Assembly (NCBI RefSeq): GCF_018398935.1
Contig: NZ_CP074694.1
Location: 5,730,001-5,762,000, forward strand
DNA length: 32,000 nucleotides
Direction of reading: 5' to 3'
From: Telmatocola sphagniphila
GTDB lineage: Bacteria; Planctomycetota; Planctomycetia; Gemmatales; Gemmataceae
In this document: piece after piece, positions 24,355-32,000 of the stretch
Layout: every line of letters begins with the position of its first letter
Numbering within the stretch: the first letter of the stretch is position 1
The notes under the pieces: generated by a model
The model's database searches: none
Seen by the model: the letters and a program-made list of their open reading frames with translations, nothing else
What the model was told of the DNA's origin: nothing
Made by a program: the position numbers and the translations under genes

Positions 24355-25812
24355 CTAGCTCCCTATTTCTTGCAATGTAGATAGATCCGTATTTTCGATT
24401 TCAGGGAGCATGTTGGAGAATTGCGGGTTAAGCCAAGTGCCTTTGGTGAACAGGAAAATCAAACCTTCGGCGGCGGTGGGATGGGTAAAGATCGTCTCGA
24501 TGATAAAGGTGTAAGGCAAGCTGGCAAGCATAGCCATCTGCATGACGGCCATCATCTCACTCGCTTCCGCGCCGAAAACCGTGAAACCGAGAATTTGATC
24601 TTCCGTGCCAATTAAGGCTTTCATGAAACCGCGCGTCTCGGACAGCGTTTGCATTCGGGGAACGGCAGCCATGGAAAGCCGGACAATCCGGTAGGGGATA
24701 TTTTTTTTCATCGCTTGGGATTCCGTCATTCCGACATGCGCCAACTCCGGATCGGTGAACAAACAATAAGGAATAAGCCGGCCCTTCGTAGTGCGGCTGC
24801 CACCCGTGAGGTTACTCAGCACGACCCTATAGTCGTCGTAACCGACGTGAGTGAACTGTGGACTTCCGGCGCAATCGCCCATGGCCCAAACATCGGAGGC
24901 ACTAGTTTGTAGTTTTTCATTAACCTGGACAAACCCTCGGGAATCCAATTCGATATTCGCCTGAGAGAGATTCAATCGATCCGTGTTAGGACTGCGCCCC
25001 GCCGCGATCAGAATATCGGTGGCTTCGACGATTTTCTCAGATGTTTCTGATCGAACTTTGAGTTTCACTTTGGTGCCCGACCTACCTGTCACGCTCATCA
25101 ATTCAGAGCGAAACATAATATCGATACCCTCGGACTTCATCAGCTCTTTCAGTGCATCCGATACATCTGGATCTTCTCGTTCGAGCAATCGATCACCGCG
25201 TTGAAGGATTGTTACCCGGCTGCCGAAGCGCCGCATCGCCTGTGCAAACTCGAGTCCCACGTAGCCGCCGCCCAGAATAACCAGATGCTCCGGCAGGCGT
25301 TCCAGATCGAGCGCTTCGACATGCGTCATCGGCTCGGCCAGGGCGAGCCCGGGAACATCTGGAATACTGGCACGAGTACCTACGCACAAAAAAACACGAT
25401 CGCCCCGCAAGTGACGAGTGCCTCCCGCATTCAAAGCCACCTGGACAGTTTTCGGCTCTGTAAAACTCGCTTCCCCCAGTACGAGTTCCGCGCCCGTAGA
25501 CTTGAAAGTGGCCAGATGGGTCTCCGTCAGGGCTTCGATCATTTTCCGCTTGCGATGAAGCACACCGGACATATCGACTTTGAAAGATCCGGAAACGACT
25601 CCCAGACCCGTGGTGGGATTGACCAGGGCAATCGCTTTGGCACTATGGATGACATTCTTGCTCGGTAGACAGGCCACATTCGGGCAGGAACCACCGATCA
25701 TGGAACGCTCGACAACTGCGGTTTTCTGCCCCCTCTTCGCCAGCGTCCAGGCCAGGTATTTTCCGGCCTCGCCGCTGCCGATCACAAGATTTTTGTAGCT
25801 CTCGATCTTCAT
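24355..25812 (-). CDS. Class-I pyridine nucleotide-disulfide oxidoreductase (mercuric-reductase / dihydrolipoamide-dehydrogenase-like)
   Basis: GSGEAGKYLA...VVERSMIGGSCPNVACLPSK contains the FAD motif and a redox-active CxxxxC. A second Rossmann motif is ILGGGYVGLEFAQ. Also present are AMGDCAG and the dimerisation-domain HPTAAEG. A 3-nt gap separates it from the downstream hydrolase gene. Confidence 0.9.
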   Translation of the reverse strand: MKIESYKNLVIGSGEAGKYLAWTLAKRGQKTAVVERSMIGGSCPNVACLPSKNVIHSAKAIALVNPTTGLGVVSGSFKVDMSGVLHRKRKMIEALTETHLATFKSTGAELVLGEASFTEPKTVQVALNAGGTRHLRGDRVFLCVGTRASIPDVPGLALAEPMTHVEALDLERLPEHLVILGGGYVGLEFAQAMRRFGSRVTILQRGDRLLEREDPDVSDALKELMKSEGIDIMFRSELMSVTGRSGTKVKLKVRSETSEKIVEATDILIAAGRSPNTDRLNLSQANIELDSRGFVQVNEKLQTSASDVWAMGDCAGSPQFTHVGYDDYRVVLSNLTGGSRTTKGRLIPYCLFTDPELAHVGMTESQAMKKNIPYRIVRLSMAAVPRMQTLSETRGFMKALIGTEDQILGFTVFGAEASEMMAVMQMAMLASLPYTFIIETIFTHPTAAEGLIFLFTKGTWLNPQFSNMLPEIENTDLSTLQEIGS

Positions 25813-25902
25813 TAGAATTTCTCCCTTTCAATCGATGAATTTTCAGATCCGACTCAACGACGCCTCTTCGGACGACGTCCAAAGACGGCAGTCAGCAAAA
25901 AA

Positions 25903-26559
25903 TTATTTCATTGAGCTCACAGCTTCGTTTGTCGAAAGGACGGCGTTAGCCAGAAATCTGAAATTGATCATTGCTGCTTGATAGCCATCACCTAACTCCG
26001 GATGTCTGGGACCAGCGGTCGCATCTTTAACGACGACGACTTCGAAGCCTTGTTCGAGCAATTCGCGCAGGTGGCTTTCAACGCAGAGATTTGACAGCAT
26101 TCCCGCGAGAATAATCTTGTTGATACTTCGCTTGCGAAGCTGGAGAACCAAGTCGTTGGTTTGGGGTCCCCAAATTTTGTGGGGACTGACTACCACAGTT
26201 TTTCCGTCTTCGATGAACGGCTTAAAACCTGCCAGCCAGTCAGCACCCGAGCCATTAAATCCATTCAGGCTTAATGGATCGGATCGGTAGAACTCTTTGG
26301 TTTCCAGCATCATCTTTTCGACTGCACCGCCGAACTGCCAGGCTTGGTCGTGGGGAAACAGAAAGTGAGGGGAGATAAAGACACCGATGTCACGCTCCTT
26401 CGCGGCTTGAAAGAGACTTGAGAGATTTTCGATTGTGTTGTTTTCTCTGACGCTTTCCCCCACCAGAGACCAGGAAATCCCGTTCTCGTTCAAAACATCG
26501 TTCTGAGGGTCGATGATGACCAGAGCCGTGTCTTTTTTTTGAAATCTCATAACATACAT
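25903..26559 (-). CDS. Isochorismatase-family cysteine hydrolase
   Basis: TALVIIDPQNDVLNENG, the catalytic-Cys region ILAGMLSNLCVESHLRE and VVVVKDATAG are present. Confidence 0.9.
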   Translation of the reverse strand: MYVMRFQKKDTALVIIDPQNDVLNENGISWSLVGESVRENNTIENLSSLFQAAKERDIGVFISPHFLFPHDQAWQFGGAVEKMMLETKEFYRSDPLSLNGFNGSGADWLAGFKPFIEDGKTVVVSPHKIWGPQTNDLVLQLRKRSINKIILAGMLSNLCVESHLRELLEQGFEVVVVKDATAGPRHPELGDGYQAAMINFRFLANAVLSTNEAVSSMK

Positions 26560-26797
26560 CTTTAATTTTTAAGGTGAAGTTACTCAGTTCGACCATTGGA
26601 ACCCACGAATTCGCAAGTTAGTGATTTTTCACTGATGTCGATCAAGGAGAAACTTTGATTCTTTCAGTCTGCATTACTAAGCGTAAGAAGCTAACAACAG
26701 ATTGATTGGATTCCTGAAGAAGCAAATGTGTTTTTAACTTGAATGTAATTTGCCGAGAGGGAAAATGACGCCATTTTCCTGAGCCTAAATAAGAAAA

Positions 26798-29700
26798 CTA
26801 CTTCGACCGTTCGACATCTCGAAGTGCTTTGTCGATCGTCTCCCATATCTTCACGAATTCCTTCCGTTCGACTTCAGGCAATTTTTCTAATTCTGCTAAT
26901 TCGCGAATGCCCGAAAGATCGGGATCTTTTTTCCATTGCGTATATACCCGTCGAAGAATTTCGCGACTCTTAGGAGTTCCCGTTGTTGATTTACTCAACG
27001 AATCCATCCAATCTTGCAGCCAAAGCCGCGCTAGCTTCCTGCATTTGATTCGCTCAGGTTCTGTAAGAACGGAAGTATCAGAGCCGCGGCCAATGCCTGC
27101 AAGCGCTGAAGCATGAATAGCAAAAAGACGTTGGCGTTCATCGAACGATTCGAATAGTTCACAGTTAGCAGCAAAAGCATCGTCGTAGAGTTTAGTCAAG
27201 GCATGAGTTCGATTCTGAAACTCGCAAACTCCAATCAGTGCTAATCTTTCATCGTTATCTCGCGGTGCATATTTCCCATTCAAGAACGCCGCTAAATTTG
27301 GCAGAATCAAATGTTCCGCTTCTCGGCGGAGCACATGAAAAATCCAGCCGTCCTGGTCACGTATGTTTTTTGATCGCCAGTCGTGGGATGAGATAGCGTC
27401 GGCGAGCGTTTTTCTAGCTTCCGCTTGTAGTCCACGTTGATGCAAAGCCATGGCGAGGACGAGTCGGGGGGCGGGACCTAATACGCCAGAGGCGTCGCCT
27501 CGCATTGTGCTGATCGCCTGCTCAAAACGCTCTTCTCGATATTCCGCCAAACCCTTGACGAAAAGTAGTGACGCATAAAACTGTTGATATCTTGATCGAT
27601 CCACTTCTCTTAAGGTCTTATCAATCAAAGCCACAGTTTGTTTCCGCTCCGCTTCTGTACTCTGTAGGAGCAAGCAAGCCCGCGCGGTTCGTTCGGCAGT
27701 TACCGAGAAAGAATCATTTCCGAACTTTTCCAAGAGCTCACGCCGGGCACTGCAATATTCGTTTTCTTGCCCGAGAAATAGGCACAATTCCGCGTAACCG
27801 TACCAATATTTATGTTCGGACGGGTGGGAGCTCAGTGCCATTTTCCAAGGAGCGGAAGCCTCCTCGAACTTTCCTTGGTGGATAAGGGCTTTGCGCAAAC
27901 CATCTTGAGCCCACATATCTCCCGGATTAAGTTTAATGGCTCGGCGAAATGCTGACTCGGCGTCGTCCTGTCGCTCTTTTGCCATCAAACTATATCCGAG
28001 CACCCTGTAAAGTCCGGATGTTTGGATACCCTGTTGAAAAGCCAGTTGCACTCGTTCTAAAGCTTCATCATGTCGGCCAAGCCGTGATAGGATAGTGGCC
28101 AGATTGGTTTGGGCTGAGGCGAACGTTGGGACGCTGTCGACGGCCAAACGAAACTGTGCAACGGCCTCTTCCTTACGTTCAGAGAGTTCGAGGGCGCCAG
28201 CGAGTTCGTTGCGTATCACGACCGCACCGGGTCGAATCCCGAGAGCCGCCTGGTAGAATCGTACGGATTCACGAGGATCGCTTTGGAATAACGCCCGTGC
28301 GAGCCTAGTGTTAGCCCAAAAGTCACCCGGGTGAGCCTGCTGAACACTTTTCAAGAAAGGAAGGGGGTCTTTACCTGCTTCCCTCATTCGCTGTTCTAAT
28401 AACAACAAGACCGGTAAAGAGGGATAGGTGTTTGGAGCCGTATCGATCAATTTCGTGAGGGCCGCATCGTCCTTCCATATTCCTGGATCGTTCACGCGAG
28501 TTCGCCAACTCGTCAACTCTGGATCGGCCTTCCGGATCACTTCAATCAACCATTCCTTGCGATTGTCATTCTTGATTCGGCATGCGGCCCATTGATCGAG
28601 AGCGGCTAACAATAAAGATTTTATTGGGGAAGAACTAATTTGCGAAGCTGCGACGTCGGTATCGACTTCCCCAGGCACCACCAGACCCGCTTGTCGGAAT
28701 GCATTTTCATAGGCAATGTCCGATGGCTTAAAGTCGAGCGAATCCTCCCTCATCACAAATCCTTCGAGACGAATAGCATCCAGTCGATCAACCAATTCGA
28801 GATTGAGTCGTCCACGTTCGAGCCGTTGGATCAACCGAACAGGCGGACGTTCCCCCAACCTGCCTTTCGCTCGCTCCAAAGCCGCTCTTGCCTCGGTCCA
28901 GGATGAGTTCTTCAGTAGCTCATTCATCTCGTTCAAGTCGGCTTCTGCAGCTTGATAGGTAGCCGCCCTTTCGGAGAGCATCCAAAGTCCACTGCCTACC
29001 AAAAAAAATGTCGACAGTATGCTCAAACCTAAGGCTGCAAACAAAAATGGCCGCCTTCGAACCTTCCTTGCCATCTTCGCTAGCAGACTCTCCGGTCTCG
29101 CTGAGATTGCTTCGCCTAAATGGAAGCTGTGAAGGTCTTTCGCTAAAGCACCTGCAGATTCGTATCGTAGCCGAGGTTCCTTTTGCAAGCACTTCAGGCA
29201 AATTGTCTCCAGATCGCGAGGAATTTTCGAGTTCAGCCGCGAAGGAGGTATTGGATCTTGAGCGATTACATTCTGGATCGTTTCCGCCACCGACTCTGCT
29301 TTGAAAGGCGGTAGACCCGTCAAGAGTTCGTAAAGTATTGCCCCTAAAGCATAAGTGTCGGCCGCGGGGCCCACTGCAAGGGCATTACCAGTGGCCTGCT
29401 CCGGGGCCATATAACTAGGTGTCCCTACGGCGATACCGCTCAGAGTCAGACGGGTTTCCCCCTCCAATCGTCGCGCCACACCAAAATCGGCAATTTTGGG
29501 AGTGCCATCCTCGGTAAGTAGAACATTAGCCGGCTTGAGATCGCGATGGACGATCCCACTTTCATGAGCAGCCTGCACCGCTTCGGCCAAGGTTTCTACA
29601 AGCACTGCGGAAGCACGCGCCGATTGAGGCGTGCCCTCCAGTCTCTGAGCGAGACTGCCCCCCCCAATAAATTCCATTGTGAAGTAAGGCTGCCCTTCCG

Positions 29701-30142
29701 AATCGCCGACGTCGTAAACCTGAACGATGTTTGCATGGCGCAACCCCGCCACTGCCTCAGCTTCCCGTTGGAAGCGCTCTCGCTCATTGGGAGCTGCGTA
29801 AGCTCCCGCTAGTGCCATCTTCAAAGCCACGACTCGGTTGAGGCGTAAGTGCTTGGCCCTGAAAACGATCCCCATGCCACCTCGCCCCAGGATTGCCTCT
29901 AGCTCGTAACCAGGAATGTGTGGTAGGGTTTTGGAATTGGAAAGCGCCGTAGGATTTGATGCGGACTCATCAGACGGAGGCGGAAACAAGGCATTTACTT
30001 CTGCTTGGACAATGCGTAAGCGCTGCCAGCGTTCCCGAACTTCTGGAAGAAGTTCGGGGCAGTCACTGCAAACCTCTTCTGGAGTTGACAGCGAATCTAT
30101 CAGAGCATCCATCATTTGCTCTATTCGCTGGTCTTCGAGCAT
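26798..30142 (-). CDS. Receptor-like Ser/Thr protein kinase: N-terminal CxxC module, Hanks kinase domain, one TM helix and a ~725-aa TPR-rich extracytoplasmic region
   Basis: Kinase motifs are GRGGMGIVF, VALK, HRDLKPANVLL, DFGVAR and SYMAPE (aa ~79-340). The TM helix is FLFAALGLSILSTFFLVGSGLWML (aa ~365-389). Multiple TPR-like repeats follow (e.g. YYQAALGIRPG, AFRRAIKLNPGD). Confidence 0.9.
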   Translation of the reverse strand: MLEDQRIEQMMDALIDSLSTPEEVCSDCPELLPEVRERWQRLRIVQAEVNALFPPPSDESASNPTALSNSKTLPHIPGYELEAILGRGGMGIVFRAKHLRLNRVVALKMALAGAYAAPNERERFQREAEAVAGLRHANIVQVYDVGDSEGQPYFTMEFIGGGSLAQRLEGTPQSARASAVLVETLAEAVQAAHESGIVHRDLKPANVLLTEDGTPKIADFGVARRLEGETRLTLSGIAVGTPSYMAPEQATGNALAVGPAADTYALGAILYELLTGLPPFKAESVAETIQNVIAQDPIPPSRLNSKIPRDLETICLKCLQKEPRLRYESAGALAKDLHSFHLGEAISARPESLLAKMARKVRRRPFLFAALGLSILSTFFLVGSGLWMLSERAATYQAAEADLNEMNELLKNSSWTEARAALERAKGRLGERPPVRLIQRLERGRLNLELVDRLDAIRLEGFVMREDSLDFKPSDIAYENAFRQAGLVVPGEVDTDVAASQISSSPIKSLLLAALDQWAACRIKNDNRKEWLIEVIRKADPELTSWRTRVNDPGIWKDDAALTKLIDTAPNTYPSLPVLLLLEQRMREAGKDPLPFLKSVQQAHPGDFWANTRLARALFQSDPRESVRFYQAALGIRPGAVVIRNELAGALELSERKEEAVAQFRLAVDSVPTFASAQTNLATILSRLGRHDEALERVQLAFQQGIQTSGLYRVLGYSLMAKERQDDAESAFRRAIKLNPGDMWAQDGLRKALIHQGKFEEASAPWKMALSSHPSEHKYWYGYAELCLFLGQENEYCSARRELLEKFGNDSFSVTAERTARACLLLQSTEAERKQTVALIDKTLREVDRSRYQQFYASLLFVKGLAEYREERFEQAISTMRGDASGVLGPAPRLVLAMALHQRGLQAEARKTLADAISSHDWRSKNIRDQDGWIFHVLRREAEHLILPNLAAFLNGKYAPRDNDERLALIGVCEFQNRTHALTKLYDDAFAANCELFESFDERQRLFAIHASALAGIGRGSDTSVLTEPERIKCRKLARLWLQDWMDSLSKSTTGTPKSREILRRVYTQWKKDPDLSGIRELAELEKLPEVERKEFVKIWETIDKALRDVERSK

Positions 30143-30213
30143 TTAGAATCTCCCAGTAGACGATTGAGCTCATGACCCCCGACATCCACCGGATACCACG
30201 CCAATTCAGGAAG

Positions 30214-30831
30214 CTACGTTTGAGCCTGAATATGGCTTTTCGGGCGAAGGTCACCCAGCGCCTCGGTAAGTAAATGCAAGCTGCGATTTAACCGGCGATT
30301 TACCGTCATAGCCGAAACGCCCAAGATCTCCGCGGCTTCCACTTGACTCATTCCCTGAATTTTCACCAAATCGAAAGCTTCCCGTTCATCCTCGGGCAGG
30401 TTTTCGATCGCCTTGAGCATCTGTCGGCAATCAGCGGAAAGACCAGAATCGCTATTTGCCAGGGCAGGTAAATTAGCATCCTGAAGTTCCACGGCAGCGG
30501 GTTGAATATCTAAGCGTCGAGCCAAATCATTCAGTTCCCAACGCATATGCTGACCGGCTAAAGCGAAAAACAGCCGTACGTTTGAAGGGCGAGATTCCCG
30601 CATTGCTTTAAGCAGACGCTCGACCACGGCGCTGAGCAATTCATCCGGTTGGAGATTAAGCGGTGGCCGAGTTAAACGGGGATAACTTCGATAAAGCAGC
30701 GATGAGCAGAGTTGATGTAGACGCCGTACTGCCCGATCTAATAGCTCGCGGACAACAGGTTCTGTGGGTGCATCGCCGGCCAGTTTGTCGAGGTAGCGTT
30801 GGACAGCAGCGGTAGTACGTTCCTGGTCCAT
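30214..30831 (-). CDS. ECF-type sigma-70 family RNA polymerase sigma factor (kinase-associated, ECF43-like)
   Basis: The sigma-4 region is LPEDEREAFDLVKIQGMSQVEAAEILGVSAMTVNRRLNRSL. The N-terminus TTAAVQRYLDKLAG and the sigma-2-like region resemble the planctomycete STK-linked ECF group. I chose the ATG at 30831 (GGAG 8 nt upstream); the ORF extends to 30879. Confidence 0.88.
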   Translation of the reverse strand: MDQERTTAAVQRYLDKLAGDAPTEPVVRELLDRAVRRLHQLCSSLLYRSYPRLTRPPLNLQPDELLSAVVERLLKAMRESRPSNVRLFFALAGQHMRWELNDLARRLDIQPAAVELQDANLPALANSDSGLSADCRQMLKAIENLPEDEREAFDLVKIQGMSQVEAAEILGVSAMTVNRRLNRSLHLLTEALGDLRPKSHIQAQT

Positions 30832-31227
30832 GAAATAGTCTCCAATCGGACTCCTGGAGTTTAGCTGATTGTAGTCCATGGAATTAACTAAAACATGCTT
30901 GGTTTAGTTCAAAGCTTGGAAGATTCTCCACTCGATCATAATAAGTCAACAAAAAGTAGGTTATTTTTTGGACAAATGAACCCATTCAGTTTGAAATAAA
31001 TTGTGTTTCCACGAATCTTCACGATTTGGTTCGTGTCAGTATTTGGAGAAAGAAATAGGATTAGAGTTCATCCTCGACCCACCACAAATCTAGGTCCTAT
31101 TGTTCCTTTCCAGGTTTGGATATTCACCTTTTTCAAATCCAGAATCCTACTCCACACATTTTTTTTTCCGTGGCACCGCATCCTCACCGGCCGGATTTCC
31201 CCCCACGTCTTGATCGAAATTTATCGA

Positions 31228-31980
31228 TTACTTGCTTTTTGTAGAATAAGGTTGAACATCTCGAGCTTGAATTGCCGTACCCGCTTCGGCTATACCCTTC
31301 TTTACTCCCGAAATAGTTTCTTCGTAATAAGCCGGACCAGCCTCTACAACCCAATTTTGCAAAGCGTATGATTTTGCAAAACCCTGCTTTTGAAGTCTTC
31401 GCTCCGTATCGTACGCCATCAGCATCCCTCGGATTACGGCGGATTCCACGTCTCCGGTTTTCAATCGGTTGTTTCCCTGATCGCGAATCAAAGGAGCAAA
31501 TGCGACCTTCGTCGCGCCTAGCTTTGCAGCCTCTCGCAGACCCGATATGCCAATTTGCGTCATCTTCTGAAGCGATAGATTGGCCTCGTCCCCAAGACCG
31601 ATGAGAAGCAATTTTTTCGGTTTGATCGTTTCCGCAGGCGCATCGATAATTAATACTTCCAGGTCGTCTCCAGTAAATTCACCTCGATTCCGAAGTGAGC
31701 TTATCAGCCCGCCTAGTCGCTTGTCGAGTTCGACGGGTGCCCCAGTCATCTTTTTGTCCGACTCAGCCGATTTTTTGAAGTAACAAACGATCTGTAAGGG
31801 CACTTCGGCATCGTAAGGCCCCTGCATTCGAACTATAATCGACGAATCATGAGGGCCTGCCAGTTTCGTTTCGGCAGGTGCTTGAACTGGATTTTCGGCA
31901 CTTGCCGACGGAATCGCAACAACGAGCTGGAAAAACGCTAGAGCAAGCAATTTAATCGACTGGTTCATGGAGTATCTCAC
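31228..31980 (-). CDS. Secreted protein resembling the N-terminal (non-catalytic) domain of M17 leucyl aminopeptidases
   Basis: Signal peptide MNQSIKLLALAFFQLVVAIPSASA. The core LEVLIIDAP...KKLLLIGLGDEANLSLQKMTQIGISGLREAAKLGATKVAFAPL resembles Peptidase_M17_N. No catalytic M17 domain follows. The start may be at 31968. Confidence 0.6.
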   Translation of the reverse strand: MRYSMNQSIKLLALAFFQLVVAIPSASAENPVQAPAETKLAGPHDSSIIVRMQGPYDAEVPLQIVCYFKKSAESDKKMTGAPVELDKRLGGLISSLRNRGEFTGDDLEVLIIDAPAETIKPKKLLLIGLGDEANLSLQKMTQIGISGLREAAKLGATKVAFAPLIRDQGNNRLKTGDVESAVIRGMLMAYDTERRLQKQGFAKSYALQNWVVEAGPAYYEETISGVKKGIAEAGTAIQARDVQPYSTKSK

Positions 31981-32000
31981 AGTGTTAGAATTTGTAGGTT

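Noticed and set aside
26760-26779. The hairpin GGAAAAT-GACGCC-ATTTTCC just downstream of the kinase stop, as an intrinsic terminator
   Set aside because: The stem is AT-rich and only 7 bp, and no U-tract follows it on the transcribed (minus) strand. It is too weak to call.

Overview
This window looks like a chromosomal segment from a Planctomycetota-type genome. The evidence is a prepilin-like DUF1559 / H-X9-DG protein, a translationally coupled DUF1592-family / DUF1552 (HXXSHH) pair, and an ECF sigma factor next to a receptor-like Ser/Thr kinase. I support about 30 protein-coding genes and three insertion sequences, and I saw no rRNA, tRNA or CRISPR array. From left to right: (1) the 3' part of an IS5-family transposase, cut by the window edge. 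(2) An FAD oxidoreductase translationally coupled to a photolyase-family protein whose catalytic and alpha/beta domains are in inverted order. (3) A lipoprotein + DUF1559 pair and the DUF1592/DUF1552 pair. (4) A visibly AT-richer accessory block at about 9.9-15.7 kb. It encodes small membrane proteins, a DUF3592 protein, a YjbR-like::DUF1963 fusion, and a 515-aa protein I cannot place in any family, which has a C-terminal winged-helix. (5) An IS3-family element (15702-18140) whose orfA is split by a nested IS630-family element (16690-17856) with TA target duplication. (6) A PNPOx-like / small 'SFPASDPP' protein / Dps stress trio. (7) A tight seven-gene minus-strand enzyme cluster: isochorismatase, FAD disulfide reductase, two alpha/beta hydrolases, a TAT-exported CE4-like deacetylase and two SDRs. 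(8) The ECF sigma + 1114-aa kinase/TM/TPR pair. (9) A secreted protein resembling the N-terminal domain of M17 aminopeptidases. The best candidates for something new are the unassignable 515-aa protein with its flanking hairpins, the inverted-topology photolyase operon, and the uncharacterised enzyme cluster. All family calls come from reading the translated ORFs by eye. No database search was run.
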